A DNA stretch of 64,000 nucleotides from Gemmatales bacterium (GTDB lineage: Bacteria > Planctomycetota > Planctomycetia > Gemmatales > HRBIN36), in NCBI GenBank assembly GCA_041640595.1, contig JBEPZY010000003.1, forward strand, positions 380,342-444,341. The letters run 5' to 3'. Positions 39,983 to 49,289 of this stretch are shown piece by piece. The position numbers and the translations under genes are program-made. Under the pieces are notes generated by a model. The model worked only from the letters and a program-made list of their open reading frames with translations, was not told the origin of the DNA and ran no database searches. Every line of letters starts with the position of its first letter. Position 1 is the first letter of the stretch.

Positions 39983-40024
39983 ATGTTAGGCCCACTCGTA
40001 TTCCTAGGCAACTTAATTCCATCT

Positions 40025-40501
40025 TCACTCATTTTCGTTGCCAAGGATCCGCTTCCTAGCTTCCTCGGCTGACATGGGGGGTACATACTCTGCGGCATGA
40101 AGTACAACTGCATCTTCCGCACCTGCAACTTTCGAGGTCTGTGAGGGAAATTCAAAGTCAGTAAGAGGGCCAGGAGCTTTGCCCTCCAGATAGTAATGGC
40201 ACAAATATGGGTCCACATGTTTTTCCAAATGATAGCGACTTAGGCCGAGAAGAACTCTTCGATCTCGTTTACTGATCTGAAGGAAAGAATCGCCATCTCG
40301 GACATAACGTATTTCAAGCTGCATTGAGGATCCGGCCGTTGGCATTACGACGGCATCAACGTATTCACCTAACAAAACATGCGCAATAGCCAACCAATCC
40401 AATAAATTTTTGTCTGTGATATAGATATCCAGAATCAGCCAACCATCCTGTTGCTGCTCAATATGATACTCTAGGGGCTTCGGAATCCATTTCTTTCTCA
40501 T
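40025..40501 (-). CDS. Putative cognate immunity protein
   Basis: Starts 2 bp after the toxin stop, AT-richer, 158 aa. Confidence 0.75.
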   Translation of the reverse strand: MRKKWIPKPLEYHIEQQQDGWLILDIYITDKNLLDWLAIAHVLLGEYVDAVVMPTAGSSMQLEIRYVRDGDSFLQISKRDRRVLLGLSRYHLEKHVDPYLCHYYLEGKAPGPLTDFEFPSQTSKVAGAEDAVVLHAAEYVPPMSAEEARKRILGNENE

Positions 40502-40503
40502 CG

Positions 40504-43500
40504 CTATCTCCCAACTAGAAAGTGTAAGTGCCAGTTCTCGAGCACCTCCCCTGTTTTGGGGTCTAAAAGTTCCAAGTGCACGTGCTTCCGGGCTACATCG
40601 TTAGGCTTGGCTCTATATTGCCATCTGCCATCAGCACTTCTCCACTTCCCTGGAGCCACCTTTATTATGTCACTACCTAACTTCTGCCTTGCAAGAGCTC
40701 TAGCTTCTCCCTCTGTTGTGAAATATGCATGGAGTTCTTTTGTCCGCTTACCCTTGAAATCCCTGACTTTGGCGACATCGATATCGCACGCATTATGTGC
40801 CCAGATGGAGAAGGGCCAGGATTCGTCGCAGACAAAGTAGGTGTGGAAGGAGCGGATGGCAAGGTTATAGACGCGTTCGTATTGGCCGGTGTCGTACAGC
40901 TCGGCGACCGCCACCCGCTGACCATCGTGGCTGACCAGCAAGTCGCCGGGTCGCAACTCGCCTGCCGGCACCCAGCCACGCCCATCCACATAAAACGGAT
41001 GCTCCGCCGTGGTGCGGATGACCTGCCCGCTGGCCAGGTGCAGGTGCCAGATACGAGCCACGTTCTCGAACCGTGCCTCAACCTGGCTAACCAGCACCGG
41101 TGCATCCGGCTCCCATTCCAGTCGGGTGAGGATTTCGTCACCGACCTGGAACGTTTCAATCGCTTTCGGCCCGTGCGGCGTCAGCAACTTCGTCCCCGCC
41201 GCAAAACAGGCCCGCAATGCTTGAGCAACGCCAAATATGGCCCCGGCGCCATGTAAAGCTGCGCCAAGGTAGTCTCCTTGCTTATAAGCATCAATTGCAT
41301 TGATAGCGTTGCCGATCGCTTCGACGCCTTGCCAGACGCGGTAAGCAGAGCCCGCAAAACGGAGCAAGGCGCTGCCAAAGGCCGCTAACGAGCAGGGGTT
41401 GACAAAAGCAGCGGCGATAGCGACCACCGTGCCGGTGATCGCTCCTGCTTGATACCAGGAACTTTGCTGCAGTTGTTCGAGAGTTTCGGGACTAAAGTAG
41501 CCAATTACACGGTCGGAGAGTCCGGCCGTCAGCCCGCTCAACAAGCCGGCGCCGAACTCGAGAGCCCTCTGGCCGTAATAGGCGGTTACTTCTGCAAAAT
41601 AGTCAATAGCCTGCTCAGCTAGGCCAGCAAATGTTTGAAATGCCTGACCATAGTTGCCCGTCAAGAAATAATAAAAGCCTTGAGCAACCTGGTCTCGCCA
41701 GGTAGGATAAGTGCGGACTCGCTCAACTAAGTTTTCGCCTTCCCAGCGCAGGCTGTATACTTCCTTGGTAGTTGTGAGCCTGTTGGGATCGCCATACGAA
41801 GAGACACTGTTGGGAAGGTAAATGTCCTTGCCCCACCAACGTACGGAGGATTCGATGGTCTCTTCGCCGGTACTGCTATTGGAATCTCCCTGGCGATTGA
41901 TTCGGTGCGAATTGAATCCGCGATAGTGGCTTTCCTGGATCCTCTCGGGGTCGGAATAATTCCAGTCGTAGTTGTGCCAGGTCTCCTGGATTTCTTCCAT
42001 GAAGATGCTGCTGAAGTACGTGTTACCCTGTTGAGTAGTGCCCTTGCGATTGTCCGTTAGGTTTTCTTTGGTGAAGAAGTAACTCTGATGATGATTGGAA
42101 GTGGGAAGCAGAGGTTCGAAGGTTTCGTGGATAGTATCTAAGGTTTCCTTGCGCGACTTATTGCGTTGGTGATTGTGTTCGAAAGTGAAGTTGTCAGGAT
42201 TTCCCCTGGTTGTGCGGCTATCTTTTTCAAAGTACCGGACCTCAGTTATACTCGTACTGGCACTATGAGTGCTACCATCGGGGGCCCAGTATTCGGAATG
42301 CTCACGGACAGCGCCCTTGGCGTACACCTGCTGGTTCGTGTCGGTCTCGAAACTGCGGGAAGCTTCTGTCCAGCTCGATCCATCGGAGGAGGTGAAGGTA
42401 GTTGTCACCTTTGCCTTTGTGTAATTGGGCTGATCAATGGACGTTTGGGTTTCGGGGGCAGTGGATTCGCGATAAGACCAGCTGACCGTACCGCCCTGCG
42501 AATCTGTGTATTGACCTTGCGCTTGTAGAAGGTAGCCAGAGCTGCTATCATCACTGGAGAAAACAGTACGGCTATATTGACCGCTGTTGCCGGAATAAAT
42601 AACTCCATGGATAGTATCCTGATACTGGTTGTTGCCACTACCCCGTTCGAAGTAACTGCCACTGGCGTTATTAACCGGATCACTAGAGGTCTGCAACTTG
42701 CGATAAGCATTGTTGGCATTGACTTCGGTATAGCTGTTGAAGGTCCCCGAGCGATCCCCATTAGAGAGCGTGAATTCCCCGCGGGTTGTGCTCTCGGTAT
42801 CCTCGGTCGAACGATAGCGGTTGTTCACGGTGTAAGTGATGGAGTCCTGTGTATAGGAACCGATCAGCCAGGTGTAATTGGTAACCTTCTGTGAGCTCCA
42901 GCTATGTTCTATTTTGGAACCCGTATACTGGTCCGGCCCCTGATAATCACGCGATTCCTTGCTCCACTGAGTACCGTTGCCGACGTCGCTGGTAAAGGTG
43001 TATTCCTTGGGTTGATTCGTGCGTGTGATCTCCCACCAGTACTTATTATCCCAAGACGGGTTGCGTGAGCGGTCCTGCTTGTAAGTGCCACCGATAAGCT
43101 TACCGGATGCATCCAGCTGGCCATCTTGTTGGGTATGATCTTCCCAGGCAGCCGAGTTATAAGTTCTGCTGAAGTAACTATAGTTAGCAGAATTGTCCCA
43201 AACCTGATGAGTCTCCAATAAGTATTGGAGTTCCGTATCGGTCCCTGAAACTTCTGTTTTCTGGCGCAGGTGATAAGTCTGGGTTAGTGGAGCCGACGAG
43301 AAATGGTACTGATTCTTTGATTGTGAATGGGAATCGGTGGTGCGGAGCCAAGAGGTAGTGGTTCGTCCAGGGGCAAAATCTTGGGAGGTATTCCAACGCG
43401 ACCAGATACCGACATAGACGGTACTCCCTTGCGTATTAAGCTGTGAGTTGCCGCTCGACGTAACCGTCAGTTCCAATGGTTGGCCCGTACTATCCCAGGA

Positions 43501-45549
43501 GCCGTTGTAGTTTACATCCTGCGTATAGTTTCCGGCACGGTCTTCATCCGTGATGTAACGGCTGTCCCAGCTATAGTTTGGATAGTCTTTGTGATAGATA
43601 CTGACGGAATAATAACGGTTTCGGAGTAATTGGCCTTCCTCGTGATGGGCGGAACTGTATGTGGCGGAGTCTAAATGGTCGCCGACCCAGGTTATATTTC
43701 CGGAAATGGAACCTCTATAGTTGCTTTGGGTTTGATAGTCCGTCAGCCATGCAGAAACCTCGCGGATGTTCGCTCCGTTGCTGTCGGTCTGGGAAGAGCT
43801 GGAACGTCCGGTGGCGTAATAGCGGTAAGCGTATTTTCCCTGGTAGTTGGAATCGTTAGTGATCTGAAATTTCTGGAGTGTTTCGGGGGTGGGCGGAGTA
43901 TAGCGAACAGTGTAAACAGTATTTTGCGAGTCGGAACGATAAAAACTTTCCAGATAAGAGGTGCCGGTGGCCACGTCGCGGAAGAAATCATCCGGTAGGT
44001 TCTCGACGGGGGGAAGTTGCGGCGATGGAACATTAGCAGACTGGTCGCTGATGGTGTATTGACCGGTAAAGTTGCCGTTCGCGGTAATTGTGTAAATCAA
44101 GGTGTTGGGATTTTCTTCGGCACCATTTTCAGAAGGTGTTTCGCTACCAGCTGGCTGAGGTTGCCAGACTGCATTCCAGGATTGATTGAGGCCAAAACTG
44201 AAGAAGTAGGTGCGGCCGTTAGTGGCGGCGAAACTTCCCGAGCCGGTATAGGTAACCTGGTCTTGCAGTGTCTGTTTTGACCAGTTGTAGTTATTCAAAT
44301 TCGTTGTCGCGGTATCAAACCAAGAATCACTTGCGGAACCAAGAGGCATAATGGTATATGAGGAATTAGTAGGGGAAACCTGGTAAGTGTATTCGTAACC
44401 GACGTGGTCATAGTGGAAAACATATTCGTCCTGAACGCGGAGCCAGGCCGTATAAGTTACGGTACCGGTTTCTGATACGGAAGTGGCACCGTCGCTGTTG
44501 GAAACGGAGATGGAACTGGAAATGGCCGTTTCAAAATAAGCAGTGGCGTTATCAGCGGTGAGCTGCACTGTATAGCTTCGTTGGTAGCTGCCGGAGAATT
44601 GGGCCAGTTGATAAGCTACCGTCGCAGGTTGGTTGGCGTTGGTGACCGGAGCATTGGCAAAGGTCGGGTCGTTATCGAGTGCTTGCAACCAGGCCGTAAA
44701 CACGTCGGGGGAATTCTGGAGTTGCTGGAACTGCTGAGCAACATCGTCCGGCATGTTAGGAGGCTGACTGATGTCCGGGAACGAACCGTCGAATTCCGGG
44801 TCACTCAGCAACTGCGGATCTATCCAGGAATCGGAGAGGTTGCTGTCCGTATCTAGTTGAAACCATGAGTCGTCCGAAATGTGCGAGCCACAATTGGAAT
44901 TGTCGGAAGATAGGCCGCCTCCGTCGGTAGGACTGTTTTGCGTGGTGCTTGTGGAATCTTGCGTGACAACGGAAGAGTTGTCAGTACTGCTGTTCGAAGG
45001 ACCAAGTTGGTCGTTGCTGGTACTGGAGCTGCTGGTTTGCGTCGTGGCAGAATCTGGGTTCGAATTGCTGCCGGGAAGCAAGGTGCCATCTGAGGTGGAA
45101 GAATCCGGTGGACTACTGGGATTGTTCGCAGCGTCCGGTGCGTCGAGAATGGTCCAGGTAAATGTAACGGAGTGGGATTCCGTGCCGTCGGAGGCGGTGA
45201 GGGTGATAGTGAAGTCCACACTGGGCTGGTCGGGGTGGGCGATGGAGTAATCCGGACTGCCGGTGATAACGCCACTAAGAGCGTCCAGGGTAAGGCCCGG
45301 CGGCAAGCCGCTAGCGGTGAATGCGATACTGCCGGCAGTTTCGGGTGGAGGTTGCGTGTACTGGAGATACTCATTCAGGTGGAGCGAGACAACTTCGCCT
45401 TCTTGCGTGAATAGCGGCCCCGGATTTTGCAACGTGAAATAACTGGCTGGAGCGGTACGGTCTTCGAGTTGTTCAAAACGCAGCAAGATAGGCTTGGCAT
45501 ACGAAACTGGTCGAGCCGGCCAGAGGAACCGGCGTAACTTCAATCCCAA
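40504..45549 (-). CDS. Polymorphic toxin: LEDR N-terminal motif, putative Ig domain, S/T/Y/N-rich stalk, hydrophobic pre-toxin helices, HINT, C-terminal toxin
   Basis: FEQLEDRTAPA; SGLPPGLTLDALSGVITGSP; CFAAGT...TTAEHPF...GELRPGD...VYNL..HTYFV..WAHN; 95-aa tip with SADGRWQYR..HVHLE..NWH. Confidence 0.9.
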   Translation of the reverse strand: MGLKLRRFLWPARPVSYAKPILLRFEQLEDRTAPASYFTLQNPGPLFTQEGEVVSLHLNEYLQYTQPPPETAGSIAFTASGLPPGLTLDALSGVITGSPDYSIAHPDQPSVDFTITLTASDGTESHSVTFTWTILDAPDAANNPSSPPDSSTSDGTLLPGSNSNPDSATTQTSSSSTSNDQLGPSNSSTDNSSVVTQDSTSTTQNSPTDGGGLSSDNSNCGSHISDDSWFQLDTDSNLSDSWIDPQLLSDPEFDGSFPDISQPPNMPDDVAQQFQQLQNSPDVFTAWLQALDNDPTFANAPVTNANQPATVAYQLAQFSGSYQRSYTVQLTADNATAYFETAISSSISVSNSDGATSVSETGTVTYTAWLRVQDEYVFHYDHVGYEYTYQVSPTNSSYTIMPLGSASDSWFDTATTNLNNYNWSKQTLQDQVTYTGSGSFAATNGRTYFFSFGLNQSWNAVWQPQPAGSETPSENGAEENPNTLIYTITANGNFTGQYTISDQSANVPSPQLPPVENLPDDFFRDVATGTSYLESFYRSDSQNTVYTVRYTPPTPETLQKFQITNDSNYQGKYAYRYYATGRSSSSQTDSNGANIREVSAWLTDYQTQSNYRGSISGNITWVGDHLDSATYSSAHHEEGQLLRNRYYSVSIYHKDYPNYSWDSRYITDEDRAGNYTQDVNYNGSWDSTGQPLELTVTSSGNSQLNTQGSTVYVGIWSRWNTSQDFAPGRTTTSWLRTTDSHSQSKNQYHFSSAPLTQTYHLRQKTEVSGTDTELQYLLETHQVWDNSANYSYFSRTYNSAAWEDHTQQDGQLDASGKLIGGTYKQDRSRNPSWDNKYWWEITRTNQPKEYTFTSDVGNGTQWSKESRDYQGPDQYTGSKIEHSWSSQKVTNYTWLIGSYTQDSITYTVNNRYRSTEDTESTTRGEFTLSNGDRSGTFNSYTEVNANNAYRKLQTSSDPVNNASGSYFERGSGNNQYQDTIHGVIYSGNSGQYSRTVFSSDDSSSGYLLQAQGQYTDSQGGTVSWSYRESTAPETQTSIDQPNYTKAKVTTTFTSSDGSSWTEASRSFETDTNQQVYAKGAVREHSEYWAPDGSTHSASTSITEVRYFEKDSRTTRGNPDNFTFEHNHQRNKSRKETLDTIHETFEPLLPTSNHHQSYFFTKENLTDNRKGTTQQGNTYFSSIFMEEIQETWHNYDWNYSDPERIQESHYRGFNSHRINRQGDSNSSTGEETIESSVRWWGKDIYLPNSVSSYGDPNRLTTTKEVYSLRWEGENLVERVRTYPTWRDQVAQGFYYFLTGNYGQAFQTFAGLAEQAIDYFAEVTAYYGQRALEFGAGLLSGLTAGLSDRVIGYFSPETLEQLQQSSWYQAGAITGTVVAIAAAFVNPCSLAAFGSALLRFAGSAYRVWQGVEAIGNAINAIDAYKQGDYLGAALHGAGAIFGVAQALRACFAAGTKLLTPHGPKAIETFQVGDEILTRLEWEPDAPVLVSQVEARFENVARIWHLHLASGQVIRTTAEHPFYVDGRGWVPAGELRPGDLLVSHDGQRVAVAELYDTGQYERVYNLAIRSFHTYFVCDESWPFSIWAHNACDIDVAKVRDFKGKRTKELHAYFTTEGEARALARQKLGSDIIKVAPGKWRSADGRWQYRAKPNDVARKHVHLELLDPKTGEVLENWHLHFLVGR

Positions 45550-45583
45550 TTGGCGAGCCCAATGGGCAAGACATAGTCTCTGC

Positions 45584-45623
45584 GAGAGAGAGACTTCTCT
45601 TCAACATGACTGCTCCCTCCTCG
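45584..45623 (-). promoter_or_regulatory. Strong RBS and ATG (45607) followed by a (TC)5 tract, out of frame with the toxin ORF
   Basis: Minus strand GAGGAGGGAGCAGTC-ATG TTG AAG AGA AGT CTC TCT CTC GCA; 58 nt upstream of the ORF's TTG. Confidence 0.6.
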
Positions 45624-45697
45624 AATGTTCAGGACCCGGATTTTGCCTAGTAGCGATCGCAGCAAAGAGTCGGTGGGAAGGTCAAGGGGTAATTTGG

Positions 45698-47215
45698 CTG
45701 CCTCATCCCCACTTTTGGGCTTCGGAGAAAAGCGCTCCCAGAAGGGCATTAAGTGCTTCGGCGGCCCGCACCTGCATTCGCTCAATCATCTGTCGCCCAA
45801 TGAAAAACAGACTACACGCTCCCTGGCGATTACTGCTGCACCACATCCCAGGCAAATAGCGCCGCATGGCCACCAAAGCCACTGCCAGCAAAATCCAGTA
45901 CGCCAACGCCAGAATCAGCAGCAGGCGATCGAACCAATCGCGGCACATCCGTGCCGACTTACGTTAAGAAACACCAATGCAAGAATCAGTAGCAAGCGCT
46001 CCAACCAGTTGGCACGAGTGATGATATAGGTCGCCATGAGTGATCAACGTGTCGCACTAGCCCCAGCCTAATCGTCGGTTCTTAGCATGCTGTTCATATT
46101 AGCCTGGAGGCCCTGGGGGATACGTCGCGTACAGCCAGGCCTTACCGCCGGTGCTTAGTATTGCCGCAACAACTCTTCGGATTTACGAAGCTTATAACTT
46201 CACAAAGCACATCAAGTCAACCTAATCGTCGGTCCTTGGCATGCTGTCCATATTAGCCTCGAGGACCCAGGAGGATTCATCGCGTACAGCCAGGCCGTAA
46301 CACCGGTGCTTAGTATTCCGCAACAACTTTTCGATGCTCCTCCGCCGTGCGTAAATCATGCCCGTGTATGCACTGGGTGCGCCAGCTCGGTCATCGGATA
46401 CCTGCACGCATTCCGATGCTGCGGCAAGGTTTCATATCTGTAAGCCGCCAGATGGTACGCCACCGAATGCGATTAGCGGAACTGCATTTTTTGAACAAGC
46501 GAAGGCTAGCCCAGTTCGTGGGGTCGCCGTTTAAGATTCCTAGGATGAATCTTTCGCTGCGACCGATGGCGAGGGACTCAGGTTAGCGGCCTGCGCATTG
46601 CACTAGCGGTCCAGATGCATCCGTGATAAGCCACCGCTAGTTGCCATCGGTCAACCATGACTGGTCCTGATTAGGAACCACTGATCATGCAACGGCAAAC
46701 GGTGGCGAATCCTGGAGCGCGTTGGAAACCATGCTTAGTGGCCTTATGAGTGCAGGTGACCAGATGTCGTCCCAGTTCGGTCAAGCTTTTGCGTCGCACT
46801 GGCAGAGCTGTTGTGACCCAAGCCACTAGCATTTTCCTCTGCCTGATGCTTTCAGCCAGCTAGGTTGCCAGGCCAGCGACGCTGCCGAGACCAAATCGGC
46901 CAGCGTTTCTCTCCGCTTTTTGTCAGACGCATAACTGGTGAACCGATCGAACCACAGTAGAATTGAAACGAGTGTGGCTGACTTGCCTCAGCACTCGCCG
47001 CTTGGTCGAGGATGACAAGCTTAACCCGCTGGCTCGCCCTTGTTCTCCGTCGTGATTAGACTGGTGGCCCACGGCAAAACTTCCAGGGATTGGATGGCGG
47101 TTCCCTCCGTAGGTTCTGGTGGCAGTGGGCGACCTTTTCTAAACATGTACGAACATAGGACTTCGGGGCCACCGCCATTTTTTCCGCACTCCCCATAAAA
47201 CTGGGGATGGATCAG
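45698..47215 (-). mobile_element. Decayed IS4-family element with imperfect terminal inverted repeats
   Basis: Transposase fragments ETLADLVSAA..SLTELGRHL, YARRRSIEKLLRNTK..YG and DRLLLILALAY..WCSSN..CSLFFIGR..KWG; IRs ctgcctcatccccactttt and aaaactggggatggatcag (15/19). Confidence 0.75.
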
Positions 47216-47576
47216 TCTCGGAATAGGTTGTCTCCTGGAATCTAATATTATTCGCCTGAGCGCAAGCAGTTCCGGAGGTAACTCGCGTTGCGGTAACGAA
47301 GCGGCTAAAACACAGGCGAATTCGACGCAGGATCGGCGTCATGTTGGTTGGTCGGCTTGGTGAGCCGTCTAAGCAGAAGCGAATGCAAAGAAGCCCCCGG
47401 GCGGTGGCAATGTTTCGGGCTAACATGACCTGTCCTGCGTTTAAGCAGGAGGAAATGCCAAGAAACATCGGCACTCAAACTAGAGCCTTCAGGTAATCGC
47501 GGACCGTCGGCTTGCAGGAAGCGCCGACACTATTCTGCCAATCAAACGGCCGGCCAGGCATTCCAACCGAAGGAAC

Positions 47577-47650
47577 TACCCCCGGCAGGATTCGAACCTG
47601 CGACCTGCGGTTTAGGAAACCGCCGCTCTATCCGACTGAGCTACGGGGGC
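47577..47650 (-). tRNA. tRNA-Arg (anticodon CCT), no encoded CCA
   Basis: GCCCCCG-TAGCTCAGTCGGATAGAGC-G-GCGGT-TTCCTAA-ACCGC-AGGTC-GCAGG-TTCGAAT-CCTGC-CGGGGGT-A folds as a cloverleaf. Confidence 0.97.
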
Positions 47651-47724
47651 AATCTCGCCAAGTCGTTGCCGTTTAGCGTGGCGGTTGACTGTTGTTCATC
47701 GAGTTTGATTTCGTCCGTGGGAAA

Positions 47725-47955
47725 TCTGGCCGGGTCGTTGCAGCTTAGTGTGGCGGTGTCAAGATAATGGTTCCGCCAACTAGGCCGGTAGTCTGGCCAG
47801 GTCGTTGCAGCTTAGCCGTGGTACTTCTGTGTATCCAGCCCGATAGTGTTCGGGCAGGGGCGTGCAAGCTGCTCCTGCCTAGGCCGAGGTGGCAGTAATA
47901 GCGTTGATACTATCAACTTGCCCGGGTGCGCAAGCTACTCCTGGCCAAGCCAAGG
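47725..47955. repeat. Two local direct-repeat pairs, periods 67 and 66
   Basis: tctggcc(g/a)ggtcgttgcagcttag at 47725/47792; gtgcaagctgctcctgcctaggccgagg (47862) vs gcgcaagctactcctggccaagccaagg (47928). Confidence 0.75.
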
Positions 47956-48428
47956 GCGATTGCGCGCGTAGCCGCGGTATGTGGCCCGAATTTCGCGGAA
48001 GATCGGCACGTCCATGAGCAGTACTAAGAAAATCGGTTACTCGGCGTGTTGCTCATCCTGACCACGGGGGCTTGCGAGCCCGCTCTTTCCATCTGCGAGT
48101 GGTTATCCACCCGACCGCGGTGCTGATTCTGCTACGGTTACTGCGGAGTAATGCCTGGCAGCATCACGCCGGGCTTACACCCACGGCTCCTGATCAAGGC
48201 GGTTTACTGGCTAGCAGACCAGGTCAATGAATCCTATCAATGTTTTTCGGCGGTTGCCAGGTTAATTTCGATTTACGAGCTGCGCAGGACCGCCGCCGTC
48301 AAATTGCAACACGCCAAGTTATTATGGACTTGGATTTACGAGGCCGATGCCAGGAGCATAGAGACGGCAAGATAACGCGAGAAGCTTCATATAAATAATG
48401 CCGCTACGTCTAACCGGGAGCACAAGCG

Positions 48429-49289
48429 ATGAGCGATGAATTTCCGCGTTTGGGATTTTTGGGGGCTGGGAAAATGGCCGCGGCTCTGGTGCGCGGCGTG
48501 CTGGCTGCGGGTCTGACCACGCCGGATCGCATCTACGTCAGCAGTGCTCGGGAAGAATCGCGGCGTGGCCTGGCCCGGACAACGAACGTCCAGGCTGTGG
48601 AAAGTAACTGCGAGGTGGTAGGCAAAAGCGAGGTGGTGGTGCTGGCGGTCAAACCTCAGGTGGCCGCGACAGTCCTTCGAGAAATAGCCCCTGCTGTCCA
48701 GGAACGCCATCTGCTGATTTCGGTGGTAGCGGGACTACGGCTGGCGACGATGCAGGCGATTTTAGGGCCGAGAGTGCGACTGGTGCGAGCGATGCCGAAC
48801 ACTCCGTGCCTGGTGGGCGCAAGTGCCACGGCTTACTGCAGCGGAAGCACAGCCCGGCCAGAAGATTGTGCCCTGGTGGAGAGGATTTTCCAGGCGGTGG
48901 GAGAATGTCTGGCGGTTCCCGAAGAATGGCTCGATGCCGTCACCGGACTGAGCGGAAGTGGGCCAGCGTATGTGGCCGTGGTGATCGAAGCGTTGACCGA
49001 TGGTGGAGTGCGAGCGGGCTTGCCGCGGGAGGTGGCGTATCGGCTGACGTTGCAGACGGTGCTGGGCACGGTTCGACTCCTGCGGGAATGCCAACTGCAT
49101 CCGGCACAGCTCAAAGATCAGGTAGCCAGTCCGGGCGGAACTACCATTGCCGGGTTGCATCGGCTGGAAGAAGGGGGATTGCGAGCGGCGTTGATTAACG
49201 CAGTCGTCGCTGCTACTGAGCGAGCGCGGCAACTGGGTGCCGTGGAAAATGCCGGCTGTGCCAGTCAAGCCCCGGCCGCTTCCGATTGA
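48429..49289 (+). CDS. proC: Pyrroline-5-carboxylate reductase
   Basis: GFLGAGKMA, LAVKPQ, RAMPNTP, TGLSGSGPAY, VASPGGTTIAG. Confidence 0.97.
   Translation: MSDEFPRLGFLGAGKMAAALVRGVLAAGLTTPDRIYVSSAREESRRGLARTTNVQAVESNCEVVGKSEVVVLAVKPQVAATVLREIAPAVQERHLLISVVAGLRLATMQAILGPRVRLVRAMPNTPCLVGASATAYCSGSTARPEDCALVERIFQAVGECLAVPEEWLDAVTGLSGSGPAYVAVVIEALTDGGVRAGLPREVAYRLTLQTVLGTVRLLRECQLHPAQLKDQVASPGGTTIAGLHRLEEGGLRAALINAVVAATERARQLGAVENAGCASQAPAASD

Noticed and set aside
40790..41210. HINT domain as a mobile intein with homing endonuclease
   Set aside because: About 140 aa with no endonuclease and Ala at +1; the pre-toxin position indicates a bacterial intein-like autoprocessing domain.
41700..44600. 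RHS/YD-repeat or filamentous haemagglutinin identity for the toxin stalk
   Set aside because: No YD-repeat periodicity, no RHS core PxxxxDPxG, and no TPS domain or VENN motif recognisable.
47903..47917. Perfect palindrome gttgata-c-tatcaac as an operator
   Set aside because: Single occurrence, lying inside the insert of a doublet and far from a clear promoter; cannot be assigned.
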